The notes below the pieces were generated by a model, which had not been told where the DNA came from, made no database searches, and was given only the letters and a program-made list of their open reading frames with translations. Shown here piece by piece: positions 1 to 9,907 of a stretch of 64,000 bases of DNA; the stretch's first letter is position 1, and every line of letters begins with the position of its first letter. This stretch comes from Gammaproteobacteria bacterium (GTDB lineage: Bacteria; Pseudomonadota; Gammaproteobacteria; Eutrophobiales; Eutrophobiaceae). The stretch spans positions 37,801-101,800 of the forward strand of contig OZ245888.1 of the NCBI GenBank assembly GCA_965229565.1, given 5' to 3'. A program made the translations under genes and the position numbers.

Positions 1-1343
1 TCAGATTTAACATCGGCCACAGAACAACAGCCGTTTTCGATTGAACTTATGATCGAACCCTTACTGACATTGTGACAGGAACAAATCGTGGCTGTGTCCG
101 GTAACAGGTCCGGGCCCAGTGCCGTCACATTTCCTTCTGTCGCGGGTAGTATTAACGTTTCCGGTTCGGTCGGTAATTCGATACCGTTCAGATAGTACTG
201 CAACAGGTTGTCGTACTCCGAGGTGTCACCGACCAATACAGCACCCAGTAATTTTTTACCGTCTGGTCTTGTAACGATACTCTTGTATACCTGCTCACGT
301 GGATTGCTGTAGATATATTGCAGGCTGTTTGGCGATTTACCCAATGAGTCCCCGATGGAACCGACCTCAACGCCAAGTAATTTCAGCTTGGTGCTCATAT
401 CTGCACCCTGGAATGAAGCCTTTTCATCAGTGAGTTGGCTAATGGCTACATCGGCCATGCGGTATCCAGGGCCAACGAGCCCCAGTGTCTGGCCTCCCCA
501 GGAAGCACATTCACCGATCGCGAAGATATCGCTATTGCTGGTTCGACAATGGTAATCAATAACAAAGCCACCACGTTCGCCTTTTTTCAAACCTGTCGGT
601 TCGGCCAGTTGATCGTTGGGACGAATACCGGCAGAGAATACGATCATGTCTGTTTCAAGTTCGTTTCCATCTGCAAAACACATTTTCAAACGATGCGTAT
701 CACCTTGCTCAATGGCTTCAGTCAGGGTACTGGTATGCACCTTCACACCCAGTTTCTCGATTTTTTTCTGTAGCATCTGGCTTCCACCTTCATCCAGCTG
801 TACGTTCATCAAGCCTTCAGAAATCTGCACCACGTGTGTTTCAAGTCCCAGGTTCAACAAGGCATTGGCACATTCCAGGCCCAACAGACCACCACCGACG
901 ACGACCCCGACCTTGCTGCTTTGTGCACTGGCCTTGATATCTCCCAGGTCATCAATGGTTCGATAGGTCAGACAATGCGGCCGGTCATGTCCCGGCACAG
1001 GAGGAACAAACGGATAGGACCCGGTAGCAAGTACCAGTTTGTCATAGCTGTACTTCCGGCCGTTTCCGGTAGAGACCGTTTTTTTATCCGGGTCGATTTC
1101 CGTAACAGCATCACCAAAAACAGCAGTGACACCGTTTTCCTCGTAGAACTCTCGAGTTGCCAGTGCCAGATCTTCAGGTTTTTTTCCGGCAAAGTATTCA
1201 GACAAGTGCACACGGTCATAGGCGGGTCTGGGCTCGGCACCAATCACGGTAATACTGTAGTCGAGCTCTTGCTCAAGTAATTTTTCGACATAGTAATGAC
1301 CCACCATGCCATTACCAATCACGATTATTTTTTTCTTACTCAT
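1..1343 (-). CDS. nirB: Assimilatory nitrite reductase [NAD(P)H] large subunit, N-terminal ~447 aa; gene runs off window start
   Basis: Manual translation of the minus strand from ATG at 1343 (MSKKKIIVIGNGMVGHYYVEKLL...). It shows FAD/NAD(P) motifs GNGMVGH and VVGGGLLGLE, then DIFAIGECA and VGPGY, then a BFD-type Cys cluster (CSCHNVSKG). The frame is open to the window edge, so it is absent from the ORF track. It sits downstream of nrtABCD on the same strand. Confidence 0.8.
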   Translation of the reverse strand, partial: MSKKKIIVIGNGMVGHYYVEKLLEQELDYSITVIGAEPRPAYDRVHLSEYFAGKKPEDLALATREFYEENGVTAVFGDAVTEIDPDKKTVSTGNGRKYSYDKLVLATGSYPFVPPVPGHDRPHCLTYRTIDDLGDIKASAQSSKVGVVVGGGLLGLECANALLNLGLETHVVQISEGLMNVQLDEGGSQMLQKKIEKLGVKVHTSTLTEAIEQGDTHRLKMCFADGNELETDMIVFSAGIRPNDQLAEPTGLKKGERGGFVIDYHCRTSNSDIFAIGECASWGGQTLGLVGPGYRMADVAISQLTDEKASFQGADMSTKLKLLGVEVGSIGDSLGKSPNSLQYIYSNPREQVYKSIVTRPDGKKLLGAVLVGDTSEYDNLLQYYLNGIELPTEPETLILPATEGNVTALGPDLLPDTATICSCHNVSKGSIISSIENGCCSVADVKS

Positions 1344-1361
1344 CGTATTTGTTTCCAGGTA

Positions 1362-3041
1362 TCAGTGGTTATCGCATTCGGCGAGGAAGGTTATGAGTTC
1401 TTCTCGATAGCGGTAATAGTCCGGGTGTGAGACCAGTGCCTTTCGACTGCGTGGACGTGGCAGATCAACATCCAGGACCTTACCCACCTTTGCGTTGGGA
1501 CCATTGGTCATCATCACCACACGGTCTGCCAGTAATATCGCTTCATCGACATCGTGTGTAACAACAATGGCAGTGACCTGTGTACGCGCCCAGACTTCCA
1601 TTAAAACTTCCTGTAATTCCCAGCGCGTCAGTGAATCCAGCATGCCAAAGGGCTCATCCAGCAACAGCAGCTTGGGTGATAAAGCAAAAGCACGGGCAAT
1701 ACCGACACGCTGTTTCATTCCATTGGATAATTCCGCTGCTTTTTTATGTAACGAGTCGCCGAGACCAACTCGAGTCAAGTAATATTCGATAATTTCATTG
1801 CGCTCTTTTCTTGAAGCATGTGGATAGACGCTTTCCACACCTAGCGCCACATTTTCTGCGGCTGTCATCCATGGAAACAGGCTAGGTGCCTGGAATACGA
1901 CGGCACGGTCCGGACCGGCACCATCAATCTCATGCTTGTCGAGTACGATACCGCCATCACTAATGTCATTCAGTCCCGCTGTCATGGACAGAACGGTGGA
2001 TTTACCACAGCCGGAGTGACCAATGATTGAAACGAACTCACCCTTCTGCATATTAAGATTAAAGCCATCGACTACAGTCAATGGTCCTTTAGGTGTCGGG
2101 TAAACCTTGGTGACGTTAAAAAATTCCAGGTACTTTCTCTCGCCCGGGTTATTCATATAGGGCTTGAGTGCATTGGGAACTTTATTCTTCTTTCCTTCAC
2201 CACTGCGATCAATTGGCTTGACCGGTGGTAGCTGAATCACGTTGTTGTCTACATCAGCGGTTTCATCGATGCCAATCTGCATCAGGTACTGCGTGATCTC
2301 ACTGCGCAGTTGCTTGAATTGCTCATCATGGTTCATGGCTGTTCTATCGCGTGGTCTATCCAGGTCAACAATAAACTCTGGACCAAACGTGGCATTAGGT
2401 CCCGGGTTGAGGGGAATAACACGGTCAGCCATGATCAGGCCTTCATCCACATCGTTGGTGATCAGGATGACGGTCTTCTGCTCCTGTTCCCAGATACGAA
2501 TGATCTCGTCCTGCAACTTGGCACGTGTTAACGCATCCAGTGCACTTAGCGGTTCATCCAGTAACAACACATCCGGACTCGCCGCGAGAGCCCGTGCAAC
2601 GTTTACGCGTTGACGCATTCCACCGGATAGTTCGGCCGGACGACGATTGACCGCGTGTGATAAACCCACCATCTCGATATATTTTTCGGTGTGGGCACGG
2701 CGTTGTTCACTGGACCAATCGGTATAGATAGCATCGACTGACAATGCAACGTTGCCATACACGGTTAACCAGGGCATTAGCGAGTAATTCTGAAAGACTA
2801 CTCCACGGTCAGGGCCGGGGCCGCTAACCGGCTTGTCTTTTTTGAAGATTTGTCCGGCATCGGCTTTTATCAGACCGGCAATTGCAGAAATGAGCGTGGT
2901 CTTGCCACTACCTGAAAATCCGACTATGGCAACAAACTCACCTTCATTAATTTCCAGATTAATATCCTTCAGGACATGGGTCTGTTTACTGCCCTTGCCA
3001 TAGGACTTGCGGAGGTTTTTTACGCTAAGAAATGACATCAC
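1362..3041 (-). CDS. nrtC: Nitrate ABC transporter ATP-binding protein, fused double ATPase (NrtC/NrtD-like)
   Basis: 559 aa with two ABC ATPase units: Walker [10 protein letters not shown] and [18 protein letters not shown] signature motifs, LLLDEP Walker B. Immediately downstream of nrtB. Confidence 0.85.
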   Translation of the reverse strand: MMSFLSVKNLRKSYGKGSKQTHVLKDINLEINEGEFVAIVGFSGSGKTTLISAIAGLIKADAGQIFKKDKPVSGPGPDRGVVFQNYSLMPWLTVYGNVALSVDAIYTDWSSEQRRAHTEKYIEMVGLSHAVNRRPAELSGGMRQRVNVARALAASPDVLLLDEPLSALDALTRAKLQDEIIRIWEQEQKTVILITNDVDEGLIMADRVIPLNPGPNATFGPEFIVDLDRPRDRTAMNHDEQFKQLRSEITQYLMQIGIDETADVDNNVIQLPPVKPIDRSGEGKKNKVPNALKPYMNNPGERKYLEFFNVTKVYPTPKGPLTVVDGFNLNMQKGEFVSIIGHSGCGKSTVLSMTAGLNDISDGGIVLDKHEIDGAGPDRAVVFQAPSLFPWMTAAENVALGVESVYPHASRKERNEIIEYYLTRVGLGDSLHKKAAELSNGMKQRVGIARAFALSPKLLLLDEPFGMLDSLTRWELQEVLMEVWARTQVTAIVVTHDVDEAILLADRVVMMTNGPNAKVGKVLDVDLPRPRSRKALVSHPDYYRYREELITFLAECDNH

Positions 3042-3049
3042 TGAACTCC

Positions 3050-4177
3050 CTAGCGGCTCTCGCCGAACGTAAACAGCTTTTGCAGCGTCAACATAACGCG
3101 ATCGAGCAGGAAACCAATAAAGCCAATAGTGAATACTGCCACCATGATCTTGCCCAACGATTGCGAACTGCCATTCTGAAATTCATCCCAGACAAATTTA
3201 CCGAGGCCCGGGTTTTGCGCCAGCATTTCGGCCGCAATCAATACCATCCAGCCCACACCCAGTGACAAACGCAGACCGGTAAATATCAGCGGCAGGGCAC
3301 TTGGTAAAACAATCCTGGTGACAGTCTTCATCCAGCTAAGCTTCAATACCTTCGACACATTCATCAGGTCCTTGTCTATCGATGCCACACCAACCGCGGT
3401 ATTGATCAGCGTTGGCCACAGAGAACACAGCGTCACGGTAATCGCCGAGGTTAAAAATGACTTATCAAACCAGGAATCATCGGTTATCTCATAAGTGGCG
3501 CTCACGACCAGTGTCACAATGGGTAGCCAGGCCAATGGCGACACCGGTTTAAAGATTTGTATTAACGGATTTAACGCAGTATTAATAATATTGCTCAGGC
3601 CGCAGACGATACCAAGTGGTACTGCAACCAGTGTGGCAAGTATGAACCCGGTAAATACGGTATAAAGGCTGGTAAAAATCTGGTCCAGGTATGTCGGCGG
3701 ACCCGTGTATGGTCGAATCTTGACATTGGCATCCGGGTTACTGGCCAGTCTCTTCTCGTTACGCTCTACCTGGCGTTGAATAAAGTCTGATTCTTTTTCG
3801 CGTTCACGGTAATGATCATCCACCAGGTTTCCAGCCTCTTCCCAGACCGCGGCCGGACCGGGGATAGCACCGAGGCTGGTTTCAACCCTGGCCGCAGACC
3901 AGTCCCAGATCATCAGGAAAAAGATAAAGGCGATCACTGGCACACCAATCATTAATAACATTTGCTTGAACTGTTCCTGCGGATCCTCACCGGCACAGAG
4001 CTTGACTACTGGCACGAACCAGTTCAGTCCAACCATCTCAAAAAAATTACCGAGTCGAGTAGAAAATGGTACGCCAGATTGCTGCTTAACTTCGTTTGTA
4101 GCCTTTATTTCCCCGCTTGCTGGAGAATCTGTCGATGTTTCAGGCTGTTCCTGTTTTAGTGCTGTATTTGTTTCCAT
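3050..4177 (-). CDS. nrtB: Nitrate ABC transporter permease
   Basis: 375 aa polytopic membrane protein with a BPD_transp-like permease core. The N-terminal extension is typical of NrtB. It lies between nrtA and the ATPase gene. Confidence 0.8.
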   Translation of the reverse strand: METNTALKQEQPETSTDSPASGEIKATNEVKQQSGVPFSTRLGNFFEMVGLNWFVPVVKLCAGEDPQEQFKQMLLMIGVPVIAFIFFLMIWDWSAARVETSLGAIPGPAAVWEEAGNLVDDHYREREKESDFIQRQVERNEKRLASNPDANVKIRPYTGPPTYLDQIFTSLYTVFTGFILATLVAVPLGIVCGLSNIINTALNPLIQIFKPVSPLAWLPIVTLVVSATYEITDDSWFDKSFLTSAITVTLCSLWPTLINTAVGVASIDKDLMNVSKVLKLSWMKTVTRIVLPSALPLIFTGLRLSLGVGWMVLIAAEMLAQNPGLGKFVWDEFQNGSSQSLGKIMVAVFTIGFIGFLLDRVMLTLQKLFTFGESR

Positions 4178-4257
4178 AGTCTTTATCTATTCCAATATTT
4201 ATAAAGATCGGCGCCTGCTTTCACAGGCGCCTACCAAATGGCCTATCAGAGGGCTCA

Positions 4258-5616
4258 CTAGTTAACTGTTTCATCTCCCTTCAACCCAATCGGGAATTTA
4301 CTGAGGTAATCATTGGGAAACTTTCCATCAAACGTGATTTCATCGATGAACTCGGTTTGTGCCGGTTTGTAACCATCGGTATCCCACGGGATGTCTTCTT
4401 TCTTAATCAAACCTTCCTCAACCAGTTCCTTTGCCGCTGCCAGGTAGATGTCAGGTCGGTAAACTTTCTTAGCGACTTCGTGATACCAGCTATCCGGCCT
4501 GGATTCTGTAATCTGTCCCCAGCGACGCATCTGTGTCAGATACCAGATCGCATCGCTGTAAAACGGATAAGTGGCAAAGTAACGATAGAAAACGTTGAAA
4601 TCGGGAAGTGAGCGTTTATCACCCTTCTCGTATTCAAAGGTGCCTGTCATGCTGTTGGCAATCACCTCGTAGTCAGCGCCGACGTATTCAGAACGAGACA
4701 GGATCTCGACTGCTTCCTCGCGATTGGCGTCGTTATTGGCATCCAGCCATTGCGCTGCGCGTATTAATGCCTTGACTACAGCCTTGTGGGTATTCGGATT
4801 GGCCTCGGCCCACTCCGCGCTGACACCGAAGACTTTTTCCGGGTTATTTTTCCAGATCTCGTAGTCGGTAATGACTGGCACACCGATCCCCTTGAAGACG
4901 GCTTGCTGGTTCCAGGGCTCGCCCACGCAATAACCGTATATCGTGCCAGCCTCCATGGTTGCCGGCATCTGCGGCGGTGGTGTTACCGACAACAGTGCAT
5001 CGGCACTGATCTGACCGGTAATATCATTCTTTGAGTAATACCCCGGGTGGATGCCACCGGCTGCAAGCCAGTAACGTAATTCGTAGTTATGGGTAGACAC
5101 CGGGAACACCATACCCATGTTGAATGGTTTACCCTCGGCCTTGTACTCATCGACTACTGGTTTCAGGTAGTCGGCCTTAATGGGATGTACCGGCTTACCA
5201 TCTTCACCCTTAGGTACGTATTGTTTCATCTGTTCCCAGATATCATTGGAGACAGTAATTCCGTTTCCATTCAGGTCCATACTGAACGCGGTAATGACGT
5301 CAGCCTTGGTACCAAAACCGATGGTTGCGCCTAGTGGCTGGCCGGCCAGCATGTGTGCGCCATCCAGTTCACCATCAATAACTCGATCCAGTAATACCTT
5401 CCAGTTGGCCTGGGGTTCCAGAGTGACGTACAGACCTTCGTCCTCGAAATAACCTTTTTCATAGGCGATCGCCAGCGGCGCCATATCCGTCAGTTTGATA
5501 AAACCAAACTTGAGGTCTTCCTTCTCCAGATCTTCAAAAGCGTGAGCGTTGCCTGCAAGAAGCAGGGACGCCGCAAGAAAGCTTCTAATTACAGTATTCC
5601 AGTATTTACTACGCAT
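4258..5616 (-). CDS. nrtA: Nitrate/nitrite ABC transporter periplasmic substrate-binding protein
   Basis: 452 aa with a signal peptide ([26 protein letters not shown]) and an NrtA/NMT1-like fold. It is paralogous to the cytoplasmic NasS gene upstream. Confidence 0.8.
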   Translation of the reverse strand: MRSKYWNTVIRSFLAASLLLAGNAHAFEDLEKEDLKFGFIKLTDMAPLAIAYEKGYFEDEGLYVTLEPQANWKVLLDRVIDGELDGAHMLAGQPLGATIGFGTKADVITAFSMDLNGNGITVSNDIWEQMKQYVPKGEDGKPVHPIKADYLKPVVDEYKAEGKPFNMGMVFPVSTHNYELRYWLAAGGIHPGYYSKNDITGQISADALLSVTPPPQMPATMEAGTIYGYCVGEPWNQQAVFKGIGVPVITDYEIWKNNPEKVFGVSAEWAEANPNTHKAVVKALIRAAQWLDANNDANREEAVEILSRSEYVGADYEVIANSMTGTFEYEKGDKRSLPDFNVFYRYFATYPFYSDAIWYLTQMRRWGQITESRPDSWYHEVAKKVYRPDIYLAAAKELVEEGLIKKEDIPWDTDGYKPAQTEFIDEITFDGKFPNDYLSKFPIGLKGDETVN

Positions 5617-5656
5617 TACTTATCTCCAGGTGACAATCCGGTCTTGAAAGACAGGC

Positions 5657-5699
5657 AAAAAAAAACGCCCAGGGAACGATACTCTGTTCCATGGACGCC
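5657..5699 (-). terminator. Rho-independent terminator in the nrtA leader (candidate NasT/ANTAR-controlled attenuator)
   Basis: On the minus strand, a GC-rich hairpin (GCGTCCATGGAAC / GTTCCCTGGGCG, loop AGAGTAT) is followed by a run of 9 T. It sits ~40 nt upstream of the nrtA start codon, inside the 300-nt leader between nasS and nrtA. Confidence 0.55.
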
Positions 5700-5920
5700 T
5701 TTGCCCGTTTACTTAAACCAGTGAAAGTTTACATATACGTGAGGCTAACGGTGCCTCAACTTAAATCTCTAATTATTGTTATCGCAAGAGCTATGCCAAA
5801 AAGCCTGCTCGTATAAAACCATTGTATATCAACATTTCATGAATATTTAGTCGATTAAGCAGGATATTTCGTGCACCAAAAAGATAAAACCGGTGTCAAT
5901 CGTGCACAATTTCAGCGCAT

Positions 5921-7219
5921 CTATCGATTCAGTTTTTCCAATTGTGCCAACTCGACCAGGCAGTTCTCGACCTTGTGCCCGGAGAGATAACTCACCACAT
6001 TGTCCGGATCGAAGACGATGTTATCCATGTATTTATCTGCACCCAGTTTGAAATCCAGGTCGTCATCATCCAGCTTCCATTCACTGCCCTGTTCACCCTC
6101 GGTCTTGTAATTGAAAGACGGGTAAGTCAGACCAAGACGACTGGCGGCCAATCGATACACATCCGGCCGATAAACTGCTTCTGCAATCTGCTTGATATCG
6201 ATGACTTCCTGTAATTGCCCCCAGCGATACATCTGGCTAATGATCCATGTGGCATGTGAACACCAGGGGAAATTGGCCTGGTAGCGATGAAATACATGCA
6301 TATCAGGAATTGACCTGGGTTCAGCATCGGCATGGTTATTAAAGTTGCCCGCCAGCGATGCACGAATAATATCGGGTTCTATACCAATGTACTCATCACT
6401 TGCGAGTACATTGGCAAAACTGTCACGATTATTAGCGTTATCTATCCATGCCGCAGCCTCGATCAAGGCCATTACCAGGCAAAGGTGTGTTTTCGGGTGT
6501 TTCGCGGCCCAGTCCCTTGTAACACCGAACACCTTCTCCGGCGAATTATTCCATATCTGGTAACCACTGGTTAACAGTTTCCCAACACCCATACTCACGG
6601 CACAACTGTTCCATGGTTCACCCACGCAGAAACCATCAATCAGTCCGTCCTTGAGGTTATCCACCATGTACTGAGGAGGAATGACTTTTAGTGCCACGTC
6701 CCTGTCCGGGTTAATCCCGGCGGCTGCCATCCAGTAACGTATCTCATAATTATGATTTGAATACGGGTAAACCATGGCAAAGTTAAGCATAGGCTTTCCC
6801 GCCGCACTGTCCTCCTGCAGAATTTGTTTCAATGCTTTTGCTGAAAGGTTGGGATCATTTTCTATGTTGGCGTCTTTTTCCAGCAATCTTTCATAAAGCG
6901 CTTTTGATACAGTAATTGCGTTTCCATTCAGGTTCATACTGAACGATGTCACCATGGGTTTCTTGTTAAAACCAAGTCCCAACGTCGTTGCGATGGTCAT
7001 GCCCGCCAGCATGTGAGCGCCATCCAGTGCGCCCACGCATACCTTGTCACGAATATTGGCCCAGGAGGCCTCGCGCGAAAGACTCACCTCCAGCCCGTAT
7101 TTTTTAAAGAAGCCCTGTTCCCTGGCTGCTACAAGCACACAGCAATCAACAAGAGGAATAAACCCCAGTGTTAATTCATGCTTTTCCGGTACAGGTAGCT
7201 TGCTTTTTTCAGTCATCAT
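5921..7219 (-). CDS. nasS: Nitrate/nitrite sensor NasS (cytoplasmic NrtA-like binding protein)
   Basis: 432 aa NrtA-like protein with no signal peptide (MMTEKSKLPVPEKHELTLGFIPLVDCC...). Its start overlaps the stop of the ANTAR regulator gene (ATGA), as in the classic nasT-nasS arrangement. Confidence 0.7.
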   Translation of the reverse strand: MMTEKSKLPVPEKHELTLGFIPLVDCCVLVAAREQGFFKKYGLEVSLSREASWANIRDKVCVGALDGAHMLAGMTIATTLGLGFNKKPMVTSFSMNLNGNAITVSKALYERLLEKDANIENDPNLSAKALKQILQEDSAAGKPMLNFAMVYPYSNHNYEIRYWMAAAGINPDRDVALKVIPPQYMVDNLKDGLIDGFCVGEPWNSCAVSMGVGKLLTSGYQIWNNSPEKVFGVTRDWAAKHPKTHLCLVMALIEAAAWIDNANNRDSFANVLASDEYIGIEPDIIRASLAGNFNNHADAEPRSIPDMHVFHRYQANFPWCSHATWIISQMYRWGQLQEVIDIKQIAEAVYRPDVYRLAASRLGLTYPSFNYKTEGEQGSEWKLDDDDLDFKLGADKYMDNIVFDPDNVVSYLSGHKVENCLVELAQLEKLNR

Positions 7220-7821
7220 TATTTTCCCGTTCTCAACAGTTCTGCCGCAGCAATAATGCTGCGAGCCAGGTCAACCAGTTTCATGTTCCTGCTCATGGCA
7301 ATTTTTTGCATTGTTTTATGCGCGGTTTCCTCGTCATAATTTTGCTGCTTCATGACGATGCCCTTGGCCCTCTCGATCAACTTGCGTTCTTCCAGCGTGT
7401 TTTTTGTTTTCTCCAACTCTTCCCTGATTGATTGGTACTCCTTGAAGCGCGCCATCGCGGTTTCCAGGATTGGCATTACTCGTTGTGGATGCATCCCGTC
7501 TACGATGTATGCCGTCACACCAGCCTTCACTGCTTTCTGTATGGTGTCGCTGTCATCATCATTGGTGAACATCACGATCGGTCTTGGTCTCTCTGCACTA
7601 ATACTGTGCATATGTTCGATGGTATCGCGGTCAGGTGAATCCATATCGATAATGATAATGTCTGGCTGGTAACGACTGACAAGTTGCGGAAGGTCATGCC
7701 CTGAAGAGGCGGTGGCCACAATCCTGTGACCCAGGTTGGTCAACAATTTTTCCATCGCCATCGAGCGCTCAGGCAATTCATCAATGATCATAATGTTGAG
7801 TTGTTTATTGTCTCTAGCCAT
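7219..7821 (-). CDS. nasT: ANTAR-domain RNA-binding response regulator NasT
   Basis: REC domain (NIMIIDELP...DIIIIDMD) plus a C-terminal ANTAR domain (ERKLIERAKGIVMKQQNYDEETAHKTMQKIAMSRNMKLVDLARSII). The ORF-track start at 7926 is probably too early. An ATG at 7821 gives MARDNKQLNIMIIDE and a ~200 aa product. Confidence 0.75.
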   Translation of the reverse strand: MARDNKQLNIMIIDELPERSMAMEKLLTNLGHRIVATASSGHDLPQLVSRYQPDIIIIDMDSPDRDTIEHMHSISAERPRPIVMFTNDDDSDTIQKAVKAGVTAYIVDGMHPQRVMPILETAMARFKEYQSIREELEKTKNTLEERKLIERAKGIVMKQQNYDEETAHKTMQKIAMSRNMKLVDLARSIIAAAELLRTGK

Positions 7822-7870
7822 ATTAATTATTGTGTTTTCAATGCTCTTAGCTAATTTTGCTCTTTCATAA

Positions 7871-7903
7871 TAAACAAAAGACCCCCGGCCTTTTTGGCCG
7901 GGG
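7871..7903 (-). terminator. Rho-independent terminator downstream of the porin gene
   Basis: CCCCGGCC-AAAAA-GGCCGGGG hairpin followed on the minus strand by TCTTTTGTTT. It lies between the porin stop (7956) and the nasT start. Confidence 0.5.
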
Positions 7904-7955
7904 ATCCTGTAATTAATCAACAACAAACTGATTATGATTTCTGGTTTATTACTGC

Positions 7956-9218
7956 CTAGTACTTGAAGGTAAAGTACGCCCAGTACTTACTTAAATCAGT
8001 CGATTTCGGGTTACCCACATCCGAAGATGCATCGTATCCTGCATATTTCAGACCAACGGTATAGTGCTTGGCAAATTTTTTGGTAAACCAGATATCCAGT
8101 TCGTCACCATAATCAAAGCCGGCGTTCTCCGCCTCAAGCATATGATAGGAAACGATCAGTTTGGTATCGTAAGCACCGGTCGCGACAACGGTAAAGTAAG
8201 TGTCTTCGATACCAGCAGCCGGGGTGGCGAGGAAATTATCAGCCCAACCCTGGAAGGCGTGACCGGTTGCCAGCGGTGTCTTGAACGCATTGACACCATC
8301 ACCCGCACTTTCAAGCACCTCGTAACTGACCTTGGCCATCAGCGATTTGATAAACATCCCGTCGAACCTGGTTTTAAAACCACCTTCAAACAGGTAATAA
8401 TCCGCGTCATAGCTCGCAGCCGAGTTACCACCTTCTTCCTGCATGGCATACTCGGCGGTATAGATTAACCTGGTTCCCTCTTTAAATATCGGGAAACCAC
8501 CGTCAGCGCGGAGACCATATGTTTCTGTAGACAACCCGGGTAAATCATCAAATTCCAGATCGTAGTAATAACCCTCGAGATTTACATATTTCAGGCCTTT
8601 GTATTGCGCATTCAGGATTGGGGCACTCATATCACGGTCGGTACCGAAGATGGTGTTGTTATTCCAGATATAACCAGCCAACAGCGTGGTATCAGGCAAC
8701 GAGGTGTTGGTAACGGTAATCGAATCCTGGGTCTGCCAGTTTTGACGCCAGAGGACAGTGCCCAGGAAACGATGAAACGGGGCGGCCCTGGGCGTAATAA
8801 TCTGGCGACCAACTTTCACGAGCGTATCATTCATGAAAGTACCACCAAGGAATGCCTGGTTGATTTCGGTTCCACTTGGATCAGCTATTGTAGGCAAAGT
8901 GCCACGACCATTACGGGTATCATTGTACTGGGTATCACTCAAAACATCGGTGGTGTTTTCAAACTGTATGTAGCCAAACACATTATGAAAACTGCCCGTT
9001 TTATATCCCAGCGTTGACCGTACGGTAAACGCATCACCATCGTCAGTCTTCGAGTCATCTTCTACAAATTCGTAACGTGGCCGGAAACTGAAGTCCACCT
9101 TGCCGCTGGTCAATGCTTCCATCAATGCATCGTCAGCCTGAACGCTCATGCTCGTAGCGGACATCCCCATTAAGATGACGCCAGATATCGTCAATTGCTT
9201 ATAAATATTAGTTTTCAC
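7956..9218 (-). CDS. Outer-membrane beta-barrel porin associated with the nitrate assimilation locus
   Basis: Signal peptide (KTNIYKQLTISGVILMGMSATSMSVQA), alternating amphipathic beta-strand pattern, and C-terminal aromatic residues (YFTFKY). The ORF-track start is a TTG at 9254. A GTG at 9218 preceded by GAGGGAGA is the more likely start. Substrate specificity cannot be read from the sequence. Confidence 0.55.
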   Translation of the reverse strand: MKTNIYKQLTISGVILMGMSATSMSVQADDALMEALTSGKVDFSFRPRYEFVEDDSKTDDGDAFTVRSTLGYKTGSFHNVFGYIQFENTTDVLSDTQYNDTRNGRGTLPTIADPSGTEINQAFLGGTFMNDTLVKVGRQIITPRAAPFHRFLGTVLWRQNWQTQDSITVTNTSLPDTTLLAGYIWNNNTIFGTDRDMSAPILNAQYKGLKYVNLEGYYYDLEFDDLPGLSTETYGLRADGGFPIFKEGTRLIYTAEYAMQEEGGNSAASYDADYYLFEGGFKTRFDGMFIKSLMAKVSYEVLESAGDGVNAFKTPLATGHAFQGWADNFLATPAAGIEDTYFTVVATGAYDTKLIVSYHMLEAENAGFDYGDELDIWFTKKFAKHYTVGLKYAGYDASSDVGNPKSTDLSKYWAYFTFKY

Positions 9219-9252
9219 TACTTTTCTCCCTCTGGTACTACTTTTTTGAAAC

Positions 9253-9284
9253 AAAAAAAAACCACGTCAGCGAGCTGAGCGTGG
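9253..9284 (-). terminator. Rho-independent terminator in the porin leader (second candidate antitermination site)
   Basis: On the minus strand, hairpin CCACGCTCAGC / GCTGACGTGG followed by 9 T, ending ~35 nt upstream of the porin start. No ORF lies upstream on that strand, so it acts as a leader attenuator rather than a gene-end terminator. Confidence 0.5.
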
Positions 9285-9843
9285 CTTCATTACCGATTAG
9301 TAAATCTTTTACTTTCTGATTACGCCATTGTAATCAATCGTGATACTGCAAATGTAACAACGTAAATGCAGTTACCACAAAACATGGAAAGCACTAGTGC
9401 AATTAACAGGCCAACATATTACGGGTTTGAATTTATTACGTTTTTGTTAATCCAGCGCGTGAACGGACAAGCGCTATTGCACAACATTAGTTCGAAACAG
9501 GTTTGATTTGCCCGATTTAAGTGCTCGAACAATAAATACACTGCTGCTAAAAGATTTTTACTATTCGTTCTTAACAAGAATTTTATTATCGATACTGACG
9601 TTTATGATCACAAGAAAGAAAATATTTGTTCAATAATGATGCAATGATTCATCAAAAGAGTGCACAAGTTCTCTATTAGAACACCATGTCAATAATATGA
9701 GAGCAACAATAACAAGAACTTATACTGCTATTAAATTATGGCATACATCATGCAATTATCTTTAGCGTTCTAACGTTGGAACTATATGAATTAATAATTT
9801 CGGTTGCTGCACATCAGCGACTTTAATTTCTAAGAGACAAAGG

Positions 9844-9894
9844 CGTCGCTTAGTTGATTGATAGAACTGTCAATCAACCAGCGGCGTTTTTTTT
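9844..9894 (+). terminator. Strong Rho-independent terminator 13 nt upstream of the start codon of the flavoprotein-membrane fusion gene (third candidate antitermination leader)
   Basis: Perfect 9-bp inverted repeat GTTGATTGA (9853-9861) / TCAATCAAC (9870-9878) plus an outer CGTCGC/GCGGCG stem, followed by T8 (9887-9894). A competing upstream pairing GCGAC (9817-9821) / GTCGC (9845-9849) could serve as the antiterminator. Confidence 0.55.
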
Positions 9895-9907
9895 GGACGA
9901 TATTTAA

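Noticed and set aside
9219-9254. TTG start for the porin gene at 9254
   Set aside because: It is a weak start codon only 5 nt from the leader terminator. The GTG at 9218 has a GAGGGAGA Shine-Dalgarno sequence and yields a typical signal peptide.
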